NCBI GenBank assembly: GCA_039621445.1
Contig: CP154954.1
Coordinates: 13,448,716-13,512,715, forward strand
From: Euglena gracilis
Lineage: Eukaryota
Direction: 5' to 3'
Length of the DNA: 64,000 nucleotides
This document shows positions 52,401 to 64,000 of the stretch, piece after piece. Every line of letters starts with the position of its first letter. The stretch's first letter is position 1. The notes under the pieces are model-generated. The model did not search any database. It saw only the letters and a list, made by a program, of their open reading frames with translations, and was not told the origin of the DNA. The position numbers and the translations under genes are program-made.

Positions 52401-53475
52401 TGGATAAGTATGGGGCATTTTGGGATCTCGTCCCAATCCTCCTGGGGCTGGCCAAGGCCCCAATGCCCACTGATATTTGTACATTACGTACACAACTATG
52501 TTTTTCTCACGCTTCCTCTGTTTATGCAGGTCCTCAGACTTGGCACAGATTAAACGAACCACCAGTGTGTTGGGTATGGCACCCTACGTAAAAATTAAAC
52601 GTAAAGGCCAGAAGGTCCACACGTGGGAGAGAGTGGTGTCAATTCCCCCATGTCCACAGGTAAGCGCCTTTCATTTAATTATGTCTTATGTGACTGCCAC
52701 ACGTTCAGTCGTCAGACCTGAGGCCCCCCTTCTGATTTCATTAAAACACCCCTTCAGGGCTGTAGGGGCTGATACCGTTTCTTCTATCACAATAGGATTT
52801 TTGGCTAGGCATGTGGTAACCACCCAGGTGTGGGGGGCCCACTCCACCAGAGGGGCAGGGTTTGGTTTACTCAAAAAATTGGGCCTTTCTGCCCAAGAAG
52901 TTTGTGAAATTGTGGAGGGGGGTGGAGGCTTTTACAGCCCTCTATCAAAGACTTGGTGCTCAAGGTGCCCTGGAAAATGCCCTGGCCCCTCTAATTTTAG
53001 TGCAAAATCTGGCCTCACAAGGGAAAAAGTGCGGAGCCCGTGGTGTCTCGTACTCCCTGGAGGCAGAGCGACAAAGGAGGAAGGGACACCGAGGGCGAAG
53101 AACAAAGACCTTGTTAGCCCGACACCCCCACCCGGAAAAAAAATGTCTTCAAATGCCCTCGGTCAGAAAATGAGGGCCAGGGGCGGCAGAGGGAGGGGAC
53201 TCCCCGCAAGGGGCAAGAAGCCACGTCGCCAACTCGGAGCAGAATCGTCAGCCATCTCCGGCGAGGCAGCACTAAGGGGCACCTCCTAACACAACGCAGC
53301 AAACAATTCGAACAACACCGCCGGCGAGCAAGGCATGGCCTCACAAGGTCTTCGTGCTTCGCCCTCGGTGTCCCTTCCTCCCTTGTTGGTATGCCCCTCG
53401 GTGTCCCTTCCTCCCTTGTTGGTCTGCACCTCGGTGTCCCTTCCTCCCTTGTTCGTCTGCCTCGAGGGAGTACGA
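49414..53475 (+). mobile_element. DIRS copy 3 (5'-truncated; probably the continuation of copy 2 after an internal duplication)
   Basis: 49414-51748 is near-identical to 40247-42588. It continues through MTase (YANPP), YR (HSTRGAG), ICR (~53010-53120), right ITR and right extension. Confidence 0.9.
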
Positions 53476-53499
53476 AAAGGCCTTGTGGATCCTGACACC

Positions 53500-54110
53500 T
53501 CAGGCTCCGCGCTTTGTTCTTGCGAGACATGTCCCGTCTTAGTGCCTTTTGCCGCCGGAGTTGGTGGATTCATAATTTGCCATTTGACGCCAGATAAAGG
53601 AGTCAAGCTTCGAACGAAGAAGGTTCAAGAAGAGCCACAAATTCCAATTCAGTTTCCAAACGAGCACGGACCAGGCTAATACCGCCTAACAAGCCAATCA
53701 ACTAATTGCAAATTTGGGTCTCACTGGAAGATTACATTATAAAGAATGGGTCAATATGCAATACCGAGGCCAAATCCCAGAATGGTGACCCAGAAACCAG
53801 AACACAATATTGCCGGAACCTGGGAAGATGGAATCAAAGCCGAGGGGGACTTCACCACCATAGGGGCCATGGTGGCCAATTCTGCAAGCAGCTACTACCG
53901 GGAAGGGGCAGAAACGTTCTGTCAAACGCACCAAATTTCCATAACGCTACACCCCCGACCAAGGGGAAGAGGGGGGGGGGCACTAGAGCCCCCTAGATTT
54001 CAGCTGGAGCTGAATACAAACGTCAATAAATGGATTCCCCGGCCATGGAGGCCGAATTTATATCCAAGGCCCTGGAGGCCATGCTCAAGTGAAAGGCCAG
54101 AAAGGTCAGA
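53500..54110 (+). mobile_element. Diverged DIRS left-end and gag-region remnant (copy 4)
   Basis: TCAGGCTCCGCGCTTTG ... CTTAGTGCCTTTTGCCGCCGGAGTTGG resembles the left ends of copies 1 and 2. Confidence 0.6.
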
Positions 54111-56203
54111 TTGAACGGCAAGGATACGGCAGCCAGGTGTAGAAGCCAGGATGCAGGTGGAGACAAGCCAGGATACCTGGGATGGGACTCCTCCGCCTGA
54201 GGCACAGGAGGCGATCAGCCGGCCCTGTGGCCATAATGTCGCCGCCAATCCCTCCGGTAAGGAAGGAACCGCGACCACCGACGCCAAGCCCACGCCAGGC
54301 TCCCAGCCAACGCCCAGGCAACCCATCACCTTGGTGTGCAGCAGAGCGGCAGGGTCCCTCCCCAGAGATTGAATCGGAAGGAACCGAGCCGGACTCCTGC
54401 CGTACCGAGTACCCGACAGGTGTTCGGCAGATGGGGAACCGGCAAGGGAGTGGGCATAGGCAAGGGAGAACGCAAAGGCTTGGCCAGCAAGGGTAAAGGT
54501 GAAGGCAAAGGTAAGGGACACGGAAGGCAGGAGGAAGAGGAAGGACCTGAGGAAGCCCTTTCGGACTTTTTTTTGAGCATGTGCTCAGGTTCAAGGAGTA
54601 GTTGGAGGATAAAGGCTGGCAGATGCAAGATGGATCCCACGTGGCAAAAAAAAATACAGTCACTCCTCCACATGCCCTCATTGATGCGGTATTGTACCGC
54701 ACCGAGGACAGAACCAGAAAATTCCTTTATGGAATTGATCTGTACGCCTTCGAAGGTGACCTGCAAGTCGAGAGACCCTTGCTGGATGCCCAGCCCGGCT
54801 TTTGGGAGCTCTGATTTTATCTAGGATACTATTGCCAAAACTGGGGTCTCTGAACCGATTCCAATGGTTGCAGTTACGTGCGCCAGTTGGTGATCCGAGA
54901 CCACCATGTGTTGGCTCGGAGATTGAAGGCCTATTTCGGTTGTATTTATTCAGTCGGCCCCTCGGAGTACAGTGTTAATACTACTCACTGCACCCCCCCA
55001 TCGAACGCCTGGTGGACGTGTTTTGGATGCAAAACTCCGTGTGTGGCTGGAGAGCCATTACGGCTCGACGTTCCACGTCCTGCGTGTTTCACTGGCTTAC
55101 CCACAGAGGTAGGACCCCTTGTGTAAGTTTTGTGGGCCGGAATTTCCTGTCGACTTCTGGGGATTCGGCGTACGCGGACGATCTCCAACGCCTTGGGATA
55201 ACCCGAAAGTGGAGGTGGGACGCCAAAAGCTTATGAGTGTGTGGCGCGACACACCTGTTTTTTCCGGCGCAAGATTCACCGCGTCGTTAAGCAGCGTATT
55301 TTATGCTGTAACAGTTCTGGTGGCGGGCTTGGACCACCTAAGTTATAGACGTGCATATACATCTCCGTTACAACCTGGACGACAGGCCAGATTTGAATAG
55401 CCCGCCGCTGGAATGTGCCTTCCCTATTAGAGGTCATCCGTTCACCAACTTGCGTCCCGCTTGGCACCCTGCGGATATGATGCTGGAGGATCACTTGCGG
55501 CGCCGGGTCAACGGAACGCTGCAGCGGGAGGTATTCCTCCCGTACATGACGAAAACGACAGAAATCCTTGGCATGTGCATTCCTATTCTGGCATGCGTTC
55601 AGGAGATCGAAGATGGACTATTCGACGTCTGGGACGCAATTCCCCACCGACACCTCGGTGGCCCGAATGTTCCGGCCAACGCATGGGTGCGAACGTCATG
55701 GCCACCACCATTCCCCAACAGCACCAGGAGCACCAGCCTTGAATTTTACAGCCACGCCAAAAATAATGGATCTCTCGAGAAACTTGCGCGCCCACATCGT
55801 GCCAGAGGATGAACCTCTGTGGCGGAGGAGACGTGAAGCGTCTGTCGCTTCAACCACCGCGCTTCCGCGGCGTAAGGAACGCGAGCAGAGGCACTTTCTG
55901 TCACCCTTCTGGAGGCAGCGCTGCGGCTTCTGACAGGAACAGCAGTGTCTTTCGTCTCTGCCACGCGAGCGTCAGGGGGACGATCGGTCCCCCCTGCACC
56001 TTCGGCGGCCACTTCGGTGTGCCCACCGGCAGGTGGAGATAAAGAACACCTGCAGAGTGAAGGCGAGAGTGAAGGAGCGGATAATGTCCTCTGCGCTGCT
56101 CTTCCCACTCCTTCTCAGCCCCAACCAGACGACGCACCCGCAGGGGATGCACATATGGTTGCACCGCCTGTGCCGTAGGCTGAACCACAAGCCGACGTAG
56201 CTG

Positions 56204-59200
56204 GAGTTTTCTGAGAAGTCTCTTTTTCTGGGAATTCACTTGGATTTTCTGGCTTCAGAGCTTCAGAATACCACTTTTTTGTAATCCTTCCGCCGGAACT
56301 TCCACCAGTAAAACCGAATGCAAGGCATCAAAACAAAGTCTTCCAAGACGTTTTTAACAAGGTATTCAGCTTATTACCACCTACAAAGTGAAATGGCAGT
56401 TTGTTGGTTGAATTAGGCTTCGCTCTTCCTAATTTTTGCTGTGGCCAGCCGCCCTCCCACACACCCCTCCCAGGCCAATGCCGACAATCTACGAAGTTAG
56501 GCGGCTGGCATTGATCTGGGGATTTTGGTCTGAGGGTGGTTTTTTTGGGGGGGGGGCGCTGTCGAGGGTGTAATGTACAAAAATTCCAATTAAAGCGTAA
56601 AGCAGCTGCTGCCAGCAATCCCAGCAAATACAACACAAATCCATGACCCCCCCTTGCCCACTCCTGGGCCCATTTGGGACGCCATCTGAGGAACCTGCAG
56701 TTTCCCCTCAGAAACCACAAGTTATCCCAGAAGGCTCCCCAGAAGCCCAGGCCGGCTCGAGTTTGAATGCCAGGGCTGGGCCTCCTTGAAGCGGCACCCA
56801 CAAATTGGAAGGGCCAGGAACCAACAATTTTCAAAATCCAAAATTGACATTGAAATTTTGACAATTGATTCTGCAAATCCTTTTTTTTTTGACATGGACA
56901 TGTTGAACTTTCCTCTGCCCAAATTGTGTGCATTAATCCGAGCTGAATCAGGTACCATTGACTGCCCAAAGGATTTGCAACACAAATGGACAATTGAAAC
57001 TGATTTGCACAGTGTGTGGTGTGGCATAAGGGGCTGCTGGGACCAAAAATGCTAAAGCATTTGCCTCCCAACCCATCACAGCAGTTCATAGCTTTGGGAC
57101 TGGAAATGACATGTGCATTTTGCCTGGTGTGTCCTGGGGCTGCTGGGCCCAAATTTGCTTTTGGAAAGTGCCTCCCAACCCACAATGGTGTGGCAAAAGG
57201 GGCTACGTGGCCCGAACTTTCCAGCAACGGACTCCCAACCCAAACAAAAGCACAAATTGCATACCTTGAACCTGAACACCTTGACTTAACTGAATGCCTT
57301 GAGTTTTCTGAGATGTCTCTTTTCTGGGAATTCACTTGGATGTTCTGGCTTCAGCGCTTCAAAATACCACTTTTTTGTAATCCTTCCGCCGGAACTTCCA
57401 CCAGTAAAACCGAATGCAAGGCATCAAAACAAAGTCTTCCAAGACGTTTTTAACAAGGTATTCAACTTATTGCCACCTACAAAGTGAAATGGCAGTTTTT
57501 GCAGTGAATTAAGCTTCGCTCTTCCTAATTTTTGCTGTAGCGAGCCGCCATCCCACACACCCCTCCCAGGCCAATGCCGACAACCTACGAGGTTAGGCGG
57601 CTGGCTTTGATCTGGGGATTTCGTTCTGAGGGTGGTTTTTTTGGGGGGGGGGGCGCTGTCGAGGGTGTAATGTACAACAAAACCCAGTTAAAGCGTAAAG
57701 CAGCTGCTGCCAGCAATCCCAGCCAATACAACACAAATCCATGACCCCCCATGCCCACTCCTGGGCCCATTTGGGACGCCATCTGAGGAACCTGCAGTTT
57801 CCCCCTAGAAACCACAAGTTATCTCAGAAGGCCCCCCAGAAGCCCAGGCCGGCTCGGGTTTCCAAATGTGAGTGCCAGGGCTGGGCCCCCTTGAAGCGGC
57901 ACCCACAAATTGGAAGGGCCAGGAACCAACAATTTTCAAAATCCAAAATTGACATTGAAATTTTGACAATTGATTCTGCAAGTCTTTTTTTTTGACATGG
58001 ACATGTTGAACTTTCCTCTGCCCAAATTGTGTGCATTGATCCGAGCCGAATCAGGTACCATTGACGGCCCAAAGGATTTGCAACACAAATGGACAATTGA
58101 AACTGATTTGCACACTGTGTGGTGTGGCATAAGGGACTGCTGGTCCCAAAAATGCTAAAGCATTTGCCTCCCAACCCATCACAGCAGTTCATAGCTTTGG
58201 GACTGGAAATGACATGTGCATTTTGCCTGGTGTGTCCTGGGGCTGCTGGGCCCAAATTTGCTTTTGGAAAGTGCCTCCCAACCCACAATGGTGTGGCAAA
58301 AGGGGCTACGTGGCCCAAACGTTCCAGCAACGGACTCCCAACCCAAATAAAAGCACAAATTGCATACCTTGAACCTGAACACCTTGACTTAACTGAATGC
58401 CTTGAGTTTTCTGAGATGTCTTTTTTCTGGGAATTCACTTGGATGTTCTGGCTTCAGCGCTTCAAAATACCACTTTTTTGTAATCCTTCCGAGAAATGAC
58501 AACCAGGGGGGGTTGTCGGACTGAGTGTCCCCTCCGCCGCTATTCCCTGGTCTGGCATGTGCCAATCAGACGTTCTGAAACTTGAACTTTTTGCGTTTTC
58601 CCCTTGTGCGCCAGCTTGCCAAAATAATTTTAATAGCGCAAAGCAGTGCACAGAATATCCTTACAATCAGTGTACGGCATTGCTCCCTAAAATACAGAAC
58701 AACGCACTGCCAGGATGTGAATTAGGATCTTCCTCTCTGCGCGACTGTCACCCTCCTCTCCTCAAAAACAACTGCAGGAGTTGATTTCACGGCGTAGTCG
58801 CTGCAGATATGTGTCACCCCCCCCCCTGGTGGGATGATTTTCCATCCCCCTGTGCCGCAGATTGCTCGGGCAGCCATACCCCAGAGGGCAACCACGATGC
58901 AAACGGGCAAACAGATCTTCCGCACACAATGCCACAACCGAACGTCGGGCAAACACATTTTTACGTGCCACGCCGGAACTTCCACCAGTAAAACCGAATG
59001 CAAGGCATCAAAACAAAGTCTTCCAAGACGTTTTTAACAAGGTATTCAACTTATTGCCACCTACAAAGTGAAATGGCAATTTTTGCAGTGAATTAAGCTT
59101 CGCTCTTCCTAATTTTTGCTGTAGCGAGCCGCCATCCCACACACCCCTCCCAGGCCAATGCCGACAAACTACGAAGTTAGGCGGTTGGCGTTGATCTGGG

Positions 59201-62200
59201 GATTTTGGTCTGAGGGTGGTTTTTTTTTGTGGGGGGGCGCTGTCGAGGGTGTAATGTACAACAAAACCCAGTTAAAGCGTAAAGCAGCTGCTGCCAGCAA
59301 TCCCAGCCAATACAACACAAATCCATGACCCCCCCCTTGCCCACTCCTGGGCCCATTTAGGACGCCATCTGAGGAACCTGCAGTTTCCCCCTAGAAACCA
59401 CAAGTTACCCCAGAAGGCCCCCCAGAAGTCCAGGCCGGCTGGGGTTCCCAAATGTGAATGCCAGGGCTGGGCCCCCTTGGAGCGGCACACACAAATTGGA
59501 AGGGCCAGGAACCAACAATTTTCAAAATCCAAAATTCACATTGAAATTTTGACAATTGATTCTGCAAATCTTTTTTTTTTGACATGGACATGTTGAACTT
59601 TCCTCTGCCCAAATTGTGTGCATTGATCCGAGCCGAATCAGGTACCATTGACGGCCCAAAGGATTTGCAACACAAATGGACAATTGAAACTGATTTGCAC
59701 ACTGTGTGGTGTGGCATAAGGGACTGCTGGGCACAAAAATGCTAAAGCATTTGCCTCCCAACCCATCACAGCAGTTCATAGCTTTGGGACTGGAAATGAC
59801 ATGTGCATTTTGCCTGGTGTGTCCTGGGGCTGCTGGGCCCAAATTTGCTTTTGGAAAGTGCCTCCCAACCCACAATGGTGTGGCAAAAGGGGCTACGTGG
59901 CCCAAACGTTCCAGCAACGGACTCCCAACCCAAATAAAAGCACAAATTGCATACCTTGAACCTGAACACCTTGACTTAACTGAATGCCTTGAGTTTTCTG
60001 AGATGTCTTTTTTCTGGGAATTCACTTGGATGTTCTGGCTTCAGCGCTTCAAAATACCACTTTTTTGTAATCCTTCCGCCGGAACTTCCACCAGTAAAAC
60101 CGAATGCAAGGCATCAAAACAAAGTCTTCCAAGACGTTTTTAACAAGGTATTCAACTTATTGCCACCTACAAAGTGAAATGGCAATTTTTGCAGTGAATT
60201 AAGCTTCGCTCTTCCTAATTTTTGCTGTAGCGAGCCGCCATCCCACACACCCCTCCCAGGCCAATGCCGACAACCTACGAAGTTAGGCGGCTGGCTTTGA
60301 TCTGGGGATTTCGTTCTGAGGGTGGTTTTGTTTTGGGGGGGGCGCTGTCGAGGGTGTAATGTACAACAAAACCCAGTTAAAGCGTAAGGCAGCTGCTGCC
60401 AGCAATCCCAGCCAACACAACACAAATCCATGACCCCCCCATGCCCACTCCTGGGCCCATTTGGGACGCCATCTGAGGAACCTGCAGTTTCCCCCTAGAA
60501 ACCACAAGTTATCCCAGAAGGCCCCCCAGAAACCCAGGCCGGCTCGGGTTTCCAAATGTGAGTGCCAGGGCTGGGCCCCCTTGAAGCGGCACCCACAAAT
60601 TGGAAGGGCCAGGAACCAACAATTTTCAAAATCCAAAATTCACATTGAAATTTTGACAATTGATTCTGCAAGTCTTTTTTTTGACATGGACATGTTGAAC
60701 TTTCCTCTGCCCAAATTTTGTGCATTGATCCCAGCCGAATCAGGTACCATTGACGGCCCAAAGGATTTGCAACACAAATGGACAATTGAAACTTATTTGC
60801 ACACTGTGTGGTGTGGCATAAGGGGCTGCTGGGCCCAAAAATGCTAAAGCATTTGCCTCCCAACCCATCACAGCGGTACATAGCTTTGGGACTGGAAATG
60901 ACATGTGCATTTTGCCTGGTGTGTCCTGGGGCTGCTGGGCCCAAATTTGCTTTTGGAAAGTGCCTCCCAACCCAAAATGGTGTGGCAAAAGGGACTACGT
61001 GGCCCGAACTTTCCAGCAACAGACTCCCAACCCAACAAAAGCACAAACTGCATACCTTGAACCTGATCACCTTGACTTAACTGAATGCCTTGAGTTTTCT
61101 GAGATGTCTCTTTTCTGGGAATTCACTTGGATTTTTTGGCTTCAGCGCTTCAAAATACCACTTTTTTGTAATCCTTCCGCCGGAACTTCCACCAGTAAAA
61201 CCGAATGCAAGGCATCAAAACAAAGTCTTCCAAGACGTTTTTAACAAGGTATTCAGCTTTTTGCCACGTACAAAGTGAAATGACAATTTTTGCAGTGAAT
61301 TAAGCTTCGCTCTTCCTAATTTTTGCTGTAGCGAGCCGCCATCCCACACACCCCTCCCAGGCCAATGCCGACAAACTACGAAGTTAGGCGGTTGGCGTTG
61401 ATCTGGGGATTTTGGTCTGAGGGTGGTTTTTTTTTGTGGGGGGGCGCTGTCGAGGGTGTAATGTACAACAAAACCCAGTTAAAGCGTAAAGCAGCTGCTG
61501 CCAGCAATCCCAGCCAATACAACACAAATCCATGACCCCCCCCTTGCCCACTCCTGGGCCCATTTAGGACGCCATCTGAGGAACCTGCAGTTTCCCCCTA
61601 GAAACCACAAGTTACCCCAGAAGGCCCCCCAGAAGTCCAGGCCGGCTGGGGTTCCCAAATGTGAATGCCAGGGCTGGGCCCCCTTGGAGCGGCACACACA
61701 AATTGGAAGGGCCAGGAACCAACAATTTTCAAAATCCAAAATTCACATTGAAATTTTGACAATTGATTCTGCAAATCTTTTTTTTTTGACATGGACATGT
61801 TGAACTTTCCTCTGCCCAAATTGTGTGCATTGATCCGAGCCGAATCAGGTACCATTGACTGCCCAAAGGATTTGCAACACAAATGGACAATTGAAACTGA
61901 TTTGCACACTGTGTGGTGTGGCATAATCCCCTGGCATTTTGGACAGAGCAAGCCACTGGTGGAGGCAACGTCGCTCAATGGCATGCCAATGTTCCACCGA
62001 TGGAGACAGCGGAATTTGGCTGATGGCAAGAGCGTGCGTGTGGCGGTGCTCGGTGTGGCTGCAGCCCACGCCATCGCATGGGGCTGCTGCTGGGCCCAAA
62101 AATGCTAAAGCATTTGCCTCCCAACCGATCACAGCAGTTCATAGCTTTGGGACTGGAAATGACATGTGCATTTTGCCTGGTGTGTCCTGGGGCTGCTGGG

Positions 62201-63110
62201 CCCAAATTTGCTTTTGGAAAGTGCCTCCCAACACGAAAATGGTGTGGCAAAAGGGGCTACCTGGCCCGAACTTTCCAGCAACGGACTCCCAACCCAAACA
62301 AAAGCACAAACTGCGTACCTTGAACCTGAACACCTTGACTTAACTGAATGCCTTGAGTTTTCTGAGATGTCTCTTTTCTGGGAATTCACTTGGATTTTCT
62401 GGCCTCAGCCCTTCAAATACCACTTTTTTGTAATCCTTCCGCCGGAACTTCCACCAGTAAAACCGAATGCAAGGCATCAAAACAAAGTCTTCCAAGACGT
62501 CTTTAACAAGGTATTCAGCTTATTGCCACCTACAAAGTGAAATGGCAATTTTTGCAGTGAATTAAGCTTCGCTCTTCCTAATTTTTGCTGTAGCCAGCCG
62601 CCATCCCACACACCCCTCCCAGGCCAATGCCGACAACCTACGAAGTTAGGCGACTGGCGTTGATCTGGGGATTTTGTTCTGAGGGTGGTTTTTGTTGGGG
62701 GGGGGGCGCTGTCGAGGGTGTAATGTACAACAAAACCCAGTTAAAGCGTAAAGCAGCTGCTGCCAGCAATCCCAGCCAATACAACACAAATCCATGACCC
62801 CCCCTTGCCCACTCCTGGGCTCATTTGTGACGCCATCTGGGGAACCTGCGGTTTCCACCCAGAAACCACAAGTTATCCCAGAAGGCCCCCCAGAAGCCCA
62901 GGCCGGCTCGGGTTTCCAAATGTGAATGCCAGGGCTGGGCCCCCTTGAAGCGGCACCCACAAATTGGAAGGGCCAGGAACCAACAATTTTCAAAATCCAA
63001 AATTGACATTGAAATTTTGACAATTGATTCTGCAAATCTTTTTTTTTGACATGGACATGTTGAACTTTCCTCTGCCCAAATTGTGTGCATTGATCCGAGC
63101 CGAATCAGGT
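56204..63110. repeat. Tandem array of ~1.1-kb units (5 full + 1 truncated)
   Basis: Anchor GAGTTTTCTGAGA at 56204, 57301, 58404, 59991, 61092 and 62355. The two longer spacings are explained by insertions at ~58491-58971 and ~61927-62079. Confidence 0.97.
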
Positions 63111-64000
63111 TGTAGGGGGGGGGGCCAATCTGGCCCCCACTTTGTCTTTGCCATTGGCAGATCTGACATTTGCAGGTTTTTCTGTAGCAATTCTTGTACT
63201 CCCCAGCCAGCATGAATCCTTCCCTTTCAGCTACCTTCAGCGCCCAGGGGCCACAGACATTTGTAGGGTCTTTCCCCAGGTACTTGACACACTGCCTCAA
63301 ATTTTCCTTTTCAATCTGCTCCTCCCTGCGCCTTGATTCCTCCATCAGCCAATTCATTGCGCCAAACCTTCCCAAAACCACAGCAAGAAACAAACCAGAA
63401 GTCAAAGCCCCAAAGGGTTCATACTGCTTGCCACCTGCACAAAGTTACAGATGACAGATTGTGGAATGTACAAATTAGGAATCTCTGGCCTGGCTCTGCT
63501 TAATTCTGCTGCACATCTGGGAGCGAATCCCACACTCCCCTCCTCAAAAAGCTTCCCAAGCTATGTCAGCCTTTGGCATCTGGGAGTCGCTCAAAGATGG
63601 GCTTCACCTGTGCCACGTGCCTTTCTCCCGCCCTCGAGCCACACAAGTCGTTTTTCGAGCAATTGCCGACCCCACCATGCCACACCCGTGCATGCCGTGG
63701 CCCACTGCCTGCGGTTTGTGCACAGGGGGCAATTGGTTCCCTGGAGCAATGGCTACCTGAGCAATCGTCGAAGACGTGCCACCAGGGCCTGCCACACAGG
63801 GGGGGGGGGTTTGGGGCAAAAGTTACCTGGTCAATCATCCCGGAAGATGTGCCACCAGGACTTGCCACACAAACCGGCATGCCACTGAAAATTCGACCCG
63901 GAGCTTTCGACAGGGGGCAAAAAGAACAAGGCAATCAGGTTAACACCCGGTCCGCTTAGTCCTCGAGTCGCTTGGCAGCCTTAAGCTTCAGCCTTCTCCT

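Noticed and set aside
56204-63110. Tandem array as an rDNA/5S, spliced-leader or snoRNA gene cluster
   Set aside because: No recognisable rRNA, 5S, SL exon or box C/D motifs by eye; an Infernal/Rfam scan would be needed to exclude this fully.

Overview
Repeat-rich eukaryotic DNA, very probably from a euglenid (Euglena-like; inferred from intron type, not from a database match). (1) About 2.2-14.7 kb, + strand: the 3' part of a class III adenylyl cyclase gene in 12-13 small exons. None of the introns is GT-AG; instead their ends base-pair in the geometry of euglenid nonconventional introns (typically CAG at +4..+6 pairing with CTG at -8..-6). (2) The introns and about 15-35 kb are filled with non-autonomous elements and satellites, including a three-copy family bounded by a GGT core. 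(3) About 35-54 kb is a nest of degenerate DIRS-type tyrosine-recombinase retrotransposons (RT, RNase H, adenine MTase, YR, ITR/ICR ends) that appear to have inserted one after another into a DIRS-derived target at CAC motifs. (4) Inside the nest is a Ty3/Gypsy chromovirus-like pol whose single reading frame carries a C5-cytosine MTase-like fragment, then a Dam-like NPPW adenine MTase, then the protease; this is the most unusual feature. (5) About 56-63 kb is a ~1.1-kb tandem array with a dimeric higher-order pattern and two unique insertions. No rRNA, tRNA or CRISPR was recognised. All domain calls are motif recognition by eye, and exon boundaries are inferred without transcript data.
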